A stretch of 64,000 nucleotides of DNA from Polyangiales bacterium (GCA_046351535.1 JAXLYG010000005.1:20163-84162); one strand, 5' to 3'. Counted from the stretch's first letter, positions 17,874-26,466 are shown. The notes: generated from the sequence alone by a model not told the origin. Translations and numbers: made by a program.

Positions 17874-18878
17874 TCAGCTCGCGGCGGTGGCGTAGCGGGC
17901 GAGGGCCTTCGCGTGGGCCGCGTGCACGCGCTCGACGAGCTCCGGGGGCTCGCGCACCACGGCGTTGGCGCCCCAGCGGAGCACCCAGCCCACGACCTCG
18001 GTGATGTTCGTCACGTCGAACTCCACGCGGAGGCTCCCGTCGTCGGTGCGGGTGATGCGCTGCGAGTGGTGCCACTCGCGGGGCTCGATGTACTGCGCCA
18101 CGGCGGCGTCGAAGTCGACCACGACGTGCTTGCGCTCGCCCGTGGTGAAGAGCCCGAAGGCGCCTTCGAAGTTCTTCGACACGTCGATGCTCGGGTCGCG
18201 CTTGAAGGCCGCGTTGGCGAGGGCCCTCACGCGGCGCATGCGCTCGACGGCGAAGGTGCGGAGCTCGCCCTTCTGCACGTCGCGGCCGACCACGTAGAGG
18301 CCGTTCTGGTAGAGCACCAGGGCGTAGGGCTCGACCTTGCGCGCGCCCGGCGTCGTGCCGCCCTCGTACTGGAACTGAAGGGTCAGCGTGCGCAGGATGC
18401 CGTCGTAGATCTCGTAGATCTGGTCCTTGAGCTTGCGGTAGTTCTTCGGCGCCTCGGGGATGTACACGAAGCGCTCGATCATCGCGCCCTCCTCCTCGCC
18501 CGCGGGGAAGAGCTTCGCGAAGAGCTGCGAGAAGTCGTCGTGGAGGGGCGTGCCCGCGAGCACGTCGAAGACGCGCCGCACCGCCGCGAGCGAGTACCGC
18601 TGAAAGCGCGTGAGGCGGATGGGCTCCGTCGTGCGGCCCGTGCGGATGCGCCGGACCCTGCGCTCGCCGTCGACGTCGGCGTGCTCGATCTCGGTGCCCG
18701 AGAGCTCGAGGGCCTTGAGGTCGCGGCGGATCGAGCGCGCGGTCACGCCGAGCTCGCGCGCCGCGTCGTCGATGCGCACGCCCTCGGGCGACGCCTCGAG
18801 GAGCTGGAACAGCCGGAACAGTCGGACCGCTTGCGTGTATTGCCCCGAGGGGCGTCCCGGCGATGGCTTTCGAGGCAT
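17874..18878 (-). CDS. WYL-domain transcriptional regulator (HTH-WYL-WCX architecture)
   Basis: 334 aa. N-terminal HTH RLFRLFQLLEASPEGVRIDDAARELGVTARSIRRDLKAL and a WYL-type core VEPYALVLYQNGLYVVGRD. Confidence 0.8.
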   Translation of the reverse strand: MPRKPSPGRPSGQYTQAVRLFRLFQLLEASPEGVRIDDAARELGVTARSIRRDLKALELSGTEIEHADVDGERRVRRIRTGRTTEPIRLTRFQRYSLAAVRRVFDVLAGTPLHDDFSQLFAKLFPAGEEEGAMIERFVYIPEAPKNYRKLKDQIYEIYDGILRTLTLQFQYEGGTTPGARKVEPYALVLYQNGLYVVGRDVQKGELRTFAVERMRRVRALANAAFKRDPSIDVSKNFEGAFGLFTTGERKHVVVDFDAAVAQYIEPREWHHSQRITRTDDGSLRVEFDVTNITEVVGWVLRWGANAVVREPPELVERVHAAHAKALARYATAAS

Positions 18879-18889
18879 GGACGGTCAAT

Positions 18890-18924
18890 GTCACAGTCTC
18901 TCTCTCGCGTAAAGAGCCTGTGAC
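18890..18924. promoter_or_regulatory. Imperfect 12-bp inverted repeat in the divergent WYL-regulator/moaB promoter region (candidate operator)
   Basis: GTCACAGTCTCT (18890-18901) pairs with AGAGCCTGTGAC (18913-18924) at 11 of 12 positions, with an 11-nt spacer. It lies between the two divergent start codons (18878 and 18957). Confidence 0.35.
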
Positions 18925-18956
18925 GCGCGGGGCTTTGTCGTTACCTTTCGCGCGCC

Positions 18957-19448
18957 ATGGCGCACGCACATCAGGGTTCCGTCACGCCGCGCGTCGCGAC
19001 GCTCACCGTCAGCGACACGCGCACCGAGGCCGACGACAAGAGCGGGCAGACGCTCCGCGCGCTGCTCGCGGAGGCGGGCTTCGAACTCGCCCCCCACGCG
19101 ATCGTCCGCGACGACGTCGAGGCCATTCGAAGCGCCGTGCGCGCGGCCCTCGACGGGGCCGGCACCGACGCGGTGATCGCCACGGGGGGCACCGGGATCG
19201 CGCCGCGAGACCAGACCTTCGAAGCCGTGGCGCCGATGCTGCACAAGACCCTCGACGGCTTCGGCGAGGTGTTTCGACGGCTCTCGTGGGACGAGATCGG
19301 CGCCCGGTCGATCCTCTCGCGCGCCGTGGCGGGCACGGTGGATCGCGCCGTGGTGATCGCCCTGCCCGGGAGCACCGCCGCCGTGAGCCTCGCCGTGACG
19401 AAGATCATCGCGCCGATGCTCCCGCACGCGGTCGCGCTCCTGCGGTAG
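18957..19448 (+). CDS. moaB: Molybdenum cofactor biosynthesis protein B
   Basis: 163 aa MoCF-binding fold with TGGTGIAPRD. Confidence 0.85.
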   Translation: MAHAHQGSVTPRVATLTVSDTRTEADDKSGQTLRALLAEAGFELAPHAIVRDDVEAIRSAVRAALDGAGTDAVIATGGTGIAPRDQTFEAVAPMLHKTLDGFGEVFRRLSWDEIGARSILSRAVAGTVDRAVVIALPGSTAAVSLAVTKIIAPMLPHAVALLR

Positions 19449-19461
19449 TAGTCTCCGCGCG

Positions 19462-20664
19462 ATGCTCACCTACGAAGAAGCCCTCGCGCGCGTGCTCCAC
19501 GACTGCCCCTCGACGGGCGAGGAGCGCGTGCACTTCGCCGACAGCGTGGGCCGCGTGCTCGCCGACGACGTGCGCGCCCGCGCCCCGCAGCCCGCGTTCG
19601 ACTACAGCGCCATGGACGGCTACGCGGTGAAGGCCGACGACCTCGCGAGCGAGCTCCGCGCGCTGATGGTTCACGGCGAGAGCCGCACGGGCGGAGGCGC
19701 GCCGCCCCCCCTCGCCGGGGGGACCGCGTGTCGGATCTTCACGGGCGCGATGATCCCCGACGGGGCCGACGCCGTGGTGATGCAGGAGGAGGTCACGCGC
19801 GAGGGCGACGTCGCCCGCTTCGCGCGCTCCCCCAGGGTCGGAGAGCACATCCGACGGCGCGGCGAAGACGTGGCCGAAGGGTCCGTCGTGCTCGCGAAGG
19901 GCACGCGCGTGACGCCGTTCTCCATCGCGCTCATGGCCTCTGTCGAAGCGCTGCGGGTCACCGTCGCGCGGCGTCCCGTGGTGTCGATCGTGTCGACGGG
20001 CGACGAGCTCCGCGACGCGGGATCGCCCGACCGCCTCGGCAGCGTCGTCGACGCCAACGGCCCTGGGATCGCGGCCCTCGTGGCGATGTGCGGCGGCGCG
20101 CCGAGGGTGCTCCCCTTCGCGCGCGACGACCTCGCGAGCACCGAGGCGACGCTCGTGAGCGCGCTCGCGTCGAGCGACCTGGTGATCACCGTCGGCGGCG
20201 TGAGCGTGGGCGACCACGACGTGGTGCGCGACGCGATGGAGCGCGCGGGCGTCACGCTCGATTTCTGGAAGGTCGCCATCAGGCCCGGCAAGCCCCTCTG
20301 CCTCGGCCGCTCGGGCCGCGCGCGCGTGCTCGGTCTGCCGGGGAACCCCTCGTCGGCGATGCTCACCTTCGTGCTCTTCGGCGCCGCCCTCCTCCGCGCG
20401 ATGCAGGGCGATCGGAGCCCCGTCGCGCCGCGCGTCGAGGCCACGCTCGACGGAGAGATCCGCCACGCGCCGGGCCGCGCCTCGTTCGTGCGCGTGACGC
20501 TCGACGAGCGGGGACCGCGGCTCATCGCGCGCCCGCTGCCGAACCAGGCGTCGGGCGCGGTGACCTCGTTCGCGTGGGCCGACGCGCTCGCGATGATCCC
20601 CATCGAGGACGGCGACGCCGCCTCGGGAACGACCGTTCGCTGCGTGAGGCTGCGCGATGTCTGA
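19462..20664 (+). CDS. moeA: Molybdopterin molybdenumtransferase
   Basis: 400 aa. Motifs DGYAV, STGDEL, GGVSVGDHD, PGNPSSAM. Confidence 0.9.
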   Translation: MLTYEEALARVLHDCPSTGEERVHFADSVGRVLADDVRARAPQPAFDYSAMDGYAVKADDLASELRALMVHGESRTGGGAPPPLAGGTACRIFTGAMIPDGADAVVMQEEVTREGDVARFARSPRVGEHIRRRGEDVAEGSVVLAKGTRVTPFSIALMASVEALRVTVARRPVVSIVSTGDELRDAGSPDRLGSVVDANGPGIAALVAMCGGAPRVLPFARDDLASTEATLVSALASSDLVITVGGVSVGDHDVVRDAMERAGVTLDFWKVAIRPGKPLCLGRSGRARVLGLPGNPSSAMLTFVLFGAALLRAMQGDRSPVAPRVEATLDGEIRHAPGRASFVRVTLDERGPRLIARPLPNQASGAVTSFAWADALAMIPIEDGDAASGTTVRCVRLRDV

Positions 20665-20908
20665 CCGGGTGACGGTGCTTCTCTTCGCGGCCGTGCGCGA
20701 GGTGGTCGGCGCCTCGGAGGTCACCCTCGCGATCGACGGAGCCTCGACGGCGTCGTCGCTGCTTTCGGCGTTGTGTGAGCGCGTTCCTGCGCTCACGCCG
20801 TACGTGCCTTCGCTGAGGGTGGCGGTCAACGGCGCCTACGTGGGCCCTGATGACGCGGTGAAAGCGGGGGACGAGGTCGCGATCATTCCCCCCGTGGCGG
20901 GGGGATAG
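20657..20908 (+). CDS. moaD: Molybdopterin synthase sulfur-carrier subunit
   Basis: 83 aa ending in ..IIPPVAGG (C-terminal Gly-Gly). It overlaps moeA by 8 nt. Confidence 0.85.
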   Translation: MSDRVTVLLFAAVREVVGASEVTLAIDGASTASSLLSALCERVPALTPYVPSLRVAVNGAYVGPDDAVKAGDEVAIIPPVAGG

Positions 20909-20914
20909 CGGTCG

Positions 20915-22075
20915 TTACGACGAGGCGTCGAGCATCTCGCGCACGCCGGCGATCATGGCGCCCACGCTCGTCGCGGGGCTCTGCGCGCCGACGGAGACCC
21001 AGCGCGCGTCGGTGACCTTGAGCGTCTCCGCGACCTTCTCGGCCACGAGCACCGCGCGCTCGTGCTCGCGCACCGCGGGAGACATCCGTTCGAGCGCCTC
21101 GGCGCGCGCCATCTCGGCGTCGCGATCGGCCTCGGCCTGCGCCCTCTGGAGCGCGAGCCGCGCGTCGGACTCCTCGCGCTCTCGGGCGGCGCGCGCGCGG
21201 GCCACGTCGAGCTCCAGCGCTTCGCGGGCCAGCGAGTGTTCGCGTTCGAGCTCCAGCTCCTTCGCGCGGAGGCTGTGCTGCGACGCGGCCTGCGCGAGCC
21301 CGAGGGTGCGCTCACGCTCGATCGCGGCCTCACGCGCGATGCGCTCCTGCTCGGCGCGTTCGGCCTCGGCGCGGGTCGTCGATTCGAGCTCGGCCGACGC
21401 GATGCGGGCGGCCACCTCGCGGCGCACGCGCTCGGACTCCTCGCGGAGGCGCTCGGTCTCGGGCGCCGAGAGCTGCGCCTGCACCACGGGGTCGACGGGA
21501 CGCGTCGCGAGCACCTCGACCTGATCGATGTTCACGCCCATCTCCGAGGTCGCCTCGCGGAGGCGCTCGGTGAGCCCGTCCACGAGGTCGTCCTGTCGGC
21601 CGAGGAGCTTCGCGAGCGACATGGTCGACGCGTGTCGCTGCGCGACGGCCGAGAGGATCTGCTGAAACGCCTTGTGCTGCGGCGAGGTGAGCAGATGCTT
21701 CGGGTGCTTGAGCGCCGGCGGCGGGCGCATGAGGTTGGCGATGCCGAGGCGGCTGTACGCCCGGAAGGGCGCGTCACCCTCGGCGGCCACCGACCAGAAG
21801 ATGAAGCCCTCGACGCGCACGGCGATGCGTTCGAGGCTGAGCGCTTCGACGGCGAAGCCCACGCGCTGCATCGTGCTGCTGAAGCGCACGACCACGTCGC
21901 CTGGTCGACGGAGCATCGAGACGCCGACGCCCGCGTTCACGAGGGCGCCGTTGCGCACGCAGAGGAGCCACTCGTCAGGCTGCGCGCTCACGTAGAGCCG
22001 CCGCGCGGCGCGGGCGATCCACCAGAGCGCGGCGAGGCAGAGGGCTGCGTTGATCCATCGGGGGTCGAAGGTCAT
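20915..22075 (-). CDS. SPFH/band-7 (flotillin-like) membrane protein with a long coiled-coil
   Basis: 386 aa with an N-terminal TM segment (INAALCLAALWWIA), a globular region, then ~150 aa of E/R/A-rich heptad-like sequence. It starts 5 nt after the TetR stop. Confidence 0.6.
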   Translation of the reverse strand: MTFDPRWINAALCLAALWWIARAARRLYVSAQPDEWLLCVRNGALVNAGVGVSMLRRPGDVVVRFSSTMQRVGFAVEALSLERIAVRVEGFIFWSVAAEGDAPFRAYSRLGIANLMRPPPALKHPKHLLTSPQHKAFQQILSAVAQRHASTMSLAKLLGRQDDLVDGLTERLREATSEMGVNIDQVEVLATRPVDPVVQAQLSAPETERLREESERVRREVAARIASAELESTTRAEAERAEQERIAREAAIERERTLGLAQAASQHSLRAKELELEREHSLAREALELDVARARAAREREESDARLALQRAQAEADRDAEMARAEALERMSPAVREHERAVLVAEKVAETLKVTDARWVSVGAQSPATSVGAMIAGVREMLDASS

Positions 22076-22079
22076 GGTG

Positions 22080-22724
22080 CTACCTCTTTCGTGACGTGGG
22101 CGCCCGCGAAGTCTCGGACGCGTCGGGGGGCCATTCGAGGAGCGAGGCGGCGAGGGCGTGGACGGCGGGCGCGGCGCTCCCTCGCGGGATGAGCCCCGGC
22201 GACGCCCCGTGGAGCACGTAGTACCCCTGGATCGCCGCGAAGACCGCGGTCGCCACGGAGCGCGCCCTCTTCGTGTCGAGGGAGCGCTCTTTCAGATCGT
22301 CGCGCGCGACGTCTTCGAGACGCCCCACGAGGGTCTTCACGGCGTCGTCGTGGCCCGCGCGCACCTCGGCGTCGCGGAGGGCCTCGGCGCTGAGGGCGAT
22401 CCAGCAGGCGAGGGCCTCGTGGTCTTCTTCTGCGCCGCGCGCGAGGTGGCAGTCGATGAACGCCCGCACCTTCGCGCGAGGTCCTTCGACGCGCGACATC
22501 CAGCGGTCGATGCGCTCGAGGTGCGAGGCCACGACGAGCTCCTGCATCGCGAGGAGCACGTCGAGCTTGCGGTGAAAGTGGTAGTGCACCAGGCCCTGCG
22601 CGAGCCCCGCCTCGCGGGCGATCTCGTGCACCGAGGCCCGCTCGTAGCCCTCGCGCGCCACCACGCGCACCATCGCCGACGCGATCTGCGCGCGCCGCTC
22701 GTCGCTGTTCGAAGCCCTCGCCAT
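22080..22724 (-). CDS. TetR-family transcriptional regulator
   Basis: ATG at 22724; the track start at 22751 is a TTG lying inside the putative operator. HTH: ERASVHEIAREAGLAQGLVHYHFHRKLDVL. Confidence 0.85.
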   Translation of the reverse strand: MARASNSDERRAQIASAMVRVVAREGYERASVHEIAREAGLAQGLVHYHFHRKLDVLLAMQELVVASHLERIDRWMSRVEGPRAKVRAFIDCHLARGAEEDHEALACWIALSAEALRDAEVRAGHDDAVKTLVGRLEDVARDDLKERSLDTKRARSVATAVFAAIQGYYVLHGASPGLIPRGSAAPAVHALAASLLEWPPDASETSRAPTSRKR

Positions 22725-22742
22725 CTGCGCTCCAGAATCTTG

Positions 22743-22756
22743 GTTGGTCAACCAAC
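22743..22756. promoter_or_regulatory. 14-bp palindrome GTTGGT-CA-ACCAAC, candidate TetR operator
   Basis: Two perfect 6-bp arms with a 2-nt centre. It lies 19-32 nt upstream of the tetR ATG and abuts the putative -10 element. Confidence 0.4.
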
Positions 22757-22785
22757 TTATATGGGAGTGCGTAGGGTGAAGGCAA
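22756..22785 (-). promoter_or_regulatory. Candidate sigma-70-type promoter of the tetR-SPFH operon
   Basis: The minus strand reads TTGCCT-N18-TATAAG (plus-strand coordinates 22780-22785 and 22756-22761) in a locally AT-richer patch. Confidence 0.35.
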
Positions 22786-22850
22786 CAGGAGGCGCGGGCG
22801 ATTCGTGATCGCGGGCGTTTCGGAGGTGGGGCTGTGGGGGGAGTTACGTA

Positions 22851-22877
22851 GCGGAGGCGGAGGGCGGGAGGCGGAGG
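22851..22877. repeat. Four tandem CGGAGG-like units abutting the carD stop codon
   Basis: The plus strand reads GCGGAGG CGGAGGG CGGGAGG CGGAGG directly before TCA (carD stop, minus strand). The carD transcript therefore carries four CCUCC motifs in a C-rich, G-poor tail. Confidence 0.6.
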
Positions 22878-23384
22878 TCAGCCGATGGCGGCGACGCAGA
22901 GCGACTCGATCTGGCGCTCCATGTCGTTCTCGCTGATGTGCTTGGCGAGGGCGAGCTCCTTGAGGAGGAGGGCGCGGGCCTGGTCCATGAGGCGGCGCTC
23001 GCCGTAGGAGAGTTCCTTCTCGTTGAGGAACTTCACGCGGTAGAGGTCACGGAGCACACGGGCGACCTCGGTGGGCGAGCCGCTCTTGAGCATCTCGTTG
23101 TAGGCGCGCTGACGGCGGTTCCAGGGGCCGGCTCCGACGGCCTTCTCCTTCGATTGAAAGACGGCGAGCACCGCGTCGGCGTCGCCGGGAGACATCACAC
23201 CGCGAAGGCCCACAGACACCGCCGCACGCAGCGGGACCATCACCTTCATCCCCGACTCGAGGATCTTCAACACGTAGAAGGACCCTGCGTTCCCCGCGAC
23301 CTCGCGAGACTCGATCGCGGTGACCTCCCCGACGCCGTGCGCGGGGTGGACGGCCTTGTCTCCGACCTGGAAGCTGGACTCCAT
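22878..23384 (-). CDS. carD: CarD/CdnL-family RNA-polymerase-binding transcription factor
   Basis: 168 aa. The N-terminus MESSFQVGDKAVHPAHGVGEVTAIE matches the CarD_TRCF RNAP-interaction domain. An SD-like GGAGAG lies upstream. Confidence 0.9.
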   Translation of the reverse strand: MESSFQVGDKAVHPAHGVGEVTAIESREVAGNAGSFYVLKILESGMKVMVPLRAAVSVGLRGVMSPGDADAVLAVFQSKEKAVGAGPWNRRQRAYNEMLKSGSPTEVARVLRDLYRVKFLNEKELSYGERRLMDQARALLLKELALAKHISENDMERQIESLCVAAIG

Positions 23385-23652
23385 CCGATTCTCTCCTCGA
23401 AGCGCCTGGGCGGCGCATCATCGACAGGAACGATCGACGCGCATCCGGCACAGGGAAACACGAGGTACCGAGCGAAGGATCTTCGCCCGCGACGTTCGCG
23501 TCTCCCCCGTCGGAGCGCTGTGTGTCGCCGTGGATGCGCGACGTCTTCTGGACAGGGAATGCCGTCTCGGTTCGACGGTGATGTCCTCGTTGGTATCACG
23601 CACGACGCAGGGGGTCAAAATACGTGCAGGTTCTTGTCCTCCCCGCGTCACG

Positions 23653-24609
23653 TCAGCGCGTCGGACTTTCGCCCACGCGCCCGCGCAACACGTCGGCCAT
23701 CGCATCGAGCGCGGCCCACGGGATCTCCACGCGCAGCGCCATCCCGCTCTCTCCGCCCGTGATCGCGACGTCGGTCGCGCGGGCCCACCGCGGCGCGCCC
23801 ACGGACTCACCGAGCGGCCCTCGCGCGAACTCGTCGAGCGCGCGTCGCGCCATCACCTCCGCGTCACGCGGCAACCTCCCTTCGAGCGTCGCGTCCACAA
23901 CCAGCCCTCGCTCGCTCGCCCGCGCGCTCACCTCGACGTCGTGAACGCCTTCGAGCAGCGCCGTCGGCGCGTGCTCGTCGAGCTCCGCGGGGATCGTCGT
24001 GTCGTGCCACCGCAGCAGCGCACCCGCTCCGCTCGCGGCGTCGCGCGTCACCCCCGCGGCGTCGCGCGGACGGAGCGCCTGCTCGTTGGCCCGCGCGCTC
24101 GTGGGGCCCTCGCCGTAGGCCGCGAAGGCGCAGTCGCTCCAGAGCGCGAGCGCGACGGGGTCGCGGCCGAGCGTGCCCTCGACGCGCACGACGCCCGCCC
24201 GCTCCATGCGCCCCCGCGGCGGGAGCAGCCGCTCCCAGAGCATCGCCTCGATGCGCCGCGCGTCGAAGGTCCCCACGCCCGCGCTCCACGTGGTGCGCGC
24301 GCTCCACGCGACGACGGCCTCGTCGATCGTGCGCACGTCGTAGCCGACCCGCCTCGCGCGATCGAAGAGGGCCTGGTCTCCCGCGTCGTCGAAGGCCCTC
24401 GCCATGATCCTCCCGAGCCTCGGGTGTTCGAAGAGCGCCCTCGGCCGCGCGATCACCCAGCGCGTCGCGCCGTCGGGCACGATCGCCTCGAGCGAGCTCG
24501 GGCAGCGCGCGGTCGCGGTCGCCGAAACGGGCGCGCGCGCCGTGGTCCCCATCGAGGACCGCGACGCGCACGCGGTGGAGGCAGCGATCAGCAGGAGCGA
24601 GCGGATCAG
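23653..24609 (-). CDS. Putative lipoprotein, function unknown (start codon unresolved)
   Basis: High GC3 throughout. The hydrophobic N-terminus [16 protein letters not shown] is encoded directly after the recA stop. There is no ATG/GTG/TTG in frame between the ATG at 24552 and a point deep inside recA. The start is either CTG at 24609 (CTGA overlap with the recA stop) or ATG at 24552. Confidence 0.65.
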   Translation of the reverse strand: MIRSLLLIAASTACASRSSMGTTARAPVSATATARCPSSLEAIVPDGATRWVIARPRALFEHPRLGRIMARAFDDAGDQALFDRARRVGYDVRTIDEAVVAWSARTTWSAGVGTFDARRIEAMLWERLLPPRGRMERAGVVRVEGTLGRDPVALALWSDCAFAAYGEGPTSARANEQALRPRDAAGVTRDAASGAGALLRWHDTTIPAELDEHAPTALLEGVHDVEVSARASERGLVVDATLEGRLPRDAEVMARRALDEFARGPLGESVGAPRWARATDVAITGGESGMALRVEIPWAALDAMADVLRGRVGESPTR

Positions 24610-25691
24610 GCCTGCGCCTTGGGGCGGTCCTTTTCCTTCGCGGCCTTGGGGGCCTCGGGCTTCTCGTCGGGCTTGCCGTTGAGGTTGCCGGGCTTCTTGA
24701 GGTTGTGCTTCGCGAGCACCTCGGACTCGACCTTGAGCAAGGTCTCGGGGTTCTTGTCGAGGTACGCCTTCGCCGCCTCGCGCCCCTGACCGATGCGCTC
24801 GCCCTTGTACGAGTACCACGCGCCCGACTTCTCGACGATCCCGGCCTCGCTGGCAAGGTCGAGGAGGTCGCCGCACTTCGAGATGCCCTGCCCGTAGAGG
24901 ATGTCGAACTCCACCTCGCGGAAGGGCGCGGCCATCTTGTTCTTCACGACCTTCACGCGCGTGCGGTTGCCCACGACGGCCTCGCCGTCTTTGAGGGCGC
25001 CCACGCGGCGCACGTCGAGGCGCATCGACGAGTAGAACTTCAGCGCGTTGCCGCCCGTGGTGGTCTCGGGGTTGCCGAACATCACGCCGATCTTCATGCG
25101 GATCTGGTTGATGAAGATCATCATGCAGTTCGAGCGGTGCACCGTCGCCGTGAGCTTGCGCAGCGCTTGAGACATCAGCCTCGCCTGGAGGCCCGGGAGC
25201 TGGTCGCCCATCTCTCCCTCGATCTCGGCCTTCGGCACGAGCGCGGCGACCGAGTCGATCACCACGATGTCGACGGCGCCCGAGCGCACGAGCATGTCGG
25301 CGATCTCGAGGGCCTGCTCGCCGTTGTCGGGCTGCGAGATGAGCAGCTCGTCGGTCTTCACCCCGAGCTTCTTCGCGTAGTTCACGTCGAGCGCGTGCTC
25401 GGCGTCGACGAAGGCCGCCACGCCGCCGGCCTTCTGCGCCTCGGCGATCGCGTGCAGCGAGAGCGTCGTCTTGCCCGAGCTCTCAGGCCCGTACACCTCG
25501 ATGATGCGCCCGCGGGGGTAGCCGCCCACGCCGAGCGCGATGTCGAGCGACACGGAGCCCGACGAGATCACCTTCACCTCGTTGGCTGCGTCCTTGGCCT
25601 CGGTGTCGAGGCGCATCACCGCGCCCTTGCCGTACTGCTTCTCGATGCCGAGCAGCGCCAGTTCGAGGGCCTTCTTGCGATTCTCGTCCAT
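24606..25691 (-). CDS. recA: Recombinase A
   Basis: ATG at 25691 ([13 protein letters not shown]..), 361 aa. Walker A motif [10 protein letters not shown] and typical RecA sequence throughout. The C-terminal tail is unusually Lys-rich. Confidence 0.95.
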   Translation of the reverse strand: MDENRKKALELALLGIEKQYGKGAVMRLDTEAKDAANEVKVISSGSVSLDIALGVGGYPRGRIIEVYGPESSGKTTLSLHAIAEAQKAGGVAAFVDAEHALDVNYAKKLGVKTDELLISQPDNGEQALEIADMLVRSGAVDIVVIDSVAALVPKAEIEGEMGDQLPGLQARLMSQALRKLTATVHRSNCMMIFINQIRMKIGVMFGNPETTTGGNALKFYSSMRLDVRRVGALKDGEAVVGNRTRVKVVKNKMAAPFREVEFDILYGQGISKCGDLLDLASEAGIVEKSGAWYSYKGERIGQGREAAKAYLDKNPETLLKVESEVLAKHNLKKPGNLNGKPDEKPEAPKAAKEKDRPKAQA

Positions 25692-25798
25692 GGTGTTGGT
25701 CTCCGGTGTGTCTTCGCGCACGAGCGCGGTGTGCGGCTGGTGTCGCCATTCCGAGGCGGTGTCCTCAGCGCCTCGACGAACGGTGATGTAGCCCGCCA

Positions 25799-25814
25799 CT
25801 GAACATCCGTAAAG
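25799..25814 (-). promoter_or_regulatory. Candidate LexA (SOS) box upstream of recA
   Basis: The minus strand reads CTTTACGGATGTTCAG(T). This has the exact GTTCAG half and matches 13 of 17 positions of the Myxococcus-type LexA motif CTRHAMRYBYGTTCAGS as I recall it. It lies ~110 nt upstream of the recA ATG, just after the thpR stop. Confidence 0.3.
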
Positions 25815-25817
25815 GAC

Positions 25818-26462
25818 TCATCCTTCGCCCGTGGACATACTCTGTCCCGACTTCTCGGGAGCGGCTTGTTTCACGGGTTCTGCGCGCTTCACGGGCTCCC
25901 CGAGGGGGTGCCGTGAGAGGCAGAGGTGCTCGGCGCCCGCGCGCGTGAGGTCGCTGCGGTAGAGCATCACGTCGTGCACGGTCCCGACGCCGACGTCGAC
26001 GCGCGGGAGGTTGATCTCGGCCAGAGCTCCGGCCTGATGGCGCACGCGGGCCACGGTGACGTGCCCGAGGAACGCGCGATTCTCCCTTGAAAAACCGAGC
26101 TCTACGAGGGCCTCTTCGACGTCGCGGGCGAGCGCCGCGAGGGCCTCGTGCCCCTCGGAGACCCCCACCGCGAGCACCTTCGGAGACTCGCGGTCGGGGA
26201 GGCACACGAGGTCGCGCAGGCCGAGGCGCATGGGGCCGTGACGGCGCACCACCGCCGCGAGCGCGTCGCTGATCGCGGGCGTCGTCCCCGCGTCGATCTC
26301 GCCGAGGAACTTCAGCGTCAGGTGCATGTTGGGCGGCGGCGTCCACGACGCCTTCCAGCCCGCGGCGTCGAGGGACCTGCGGAGCGCGCGCGAGGTGTCC
26401 GCGAGCCTCCGGGTGGTGCCCAGGTCGACGAGGCACCCGACGAACGCGCGCAGGGTCTCCAT
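25818..26462 (-). CDS. thpR: RNA 2',3'-cyclic phosphodiesterase (2H family, LigT/ThpR)
   Basis: 214 aa with two HxT motifs: MHLTLKF and GHVTVAR. Confidence 0.85.
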   Translation of the reverse strand: METLRAFVGCLVDLGTTRRLADTSRALRRSLDAAGWKASWTPPPNMHLTLKFLGEIDAGTTPAISDALAAVVRRHGPMRLGLRDLVCLPDRESPKVLAVGVSEGHEALAALARDVEEALVELGFSRENRAFLGHVTVARVRHQAGALAEINLPRVDVGVGTVHDVMLYRSDLTRAGAEHLCLSRHPLGEPVKRAEPVKQAAPEKSGQSMSTGEG

Positions 26463-26466
26463 CGCG

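Noticed and set aside
17874-18878. The WYL regulator as a marker of an adjacent anti-phage defence system.
   Set aside because: No nuclease, helicase, methyltransferase, cyclase, TIR, Sir2 or other defence-type genes flank it. The neighbours are molybdenum cofactor genes and a MarR/MFS pair.
24610-24876. Upstream extension of ORF 23653..24876, which would give the lipoprotein-like gene a canonical start.
   Set aside because: The extension lies entirely inside the recA coding sequence in another frame and translates to an Arg/Pro/Gly-rich string.
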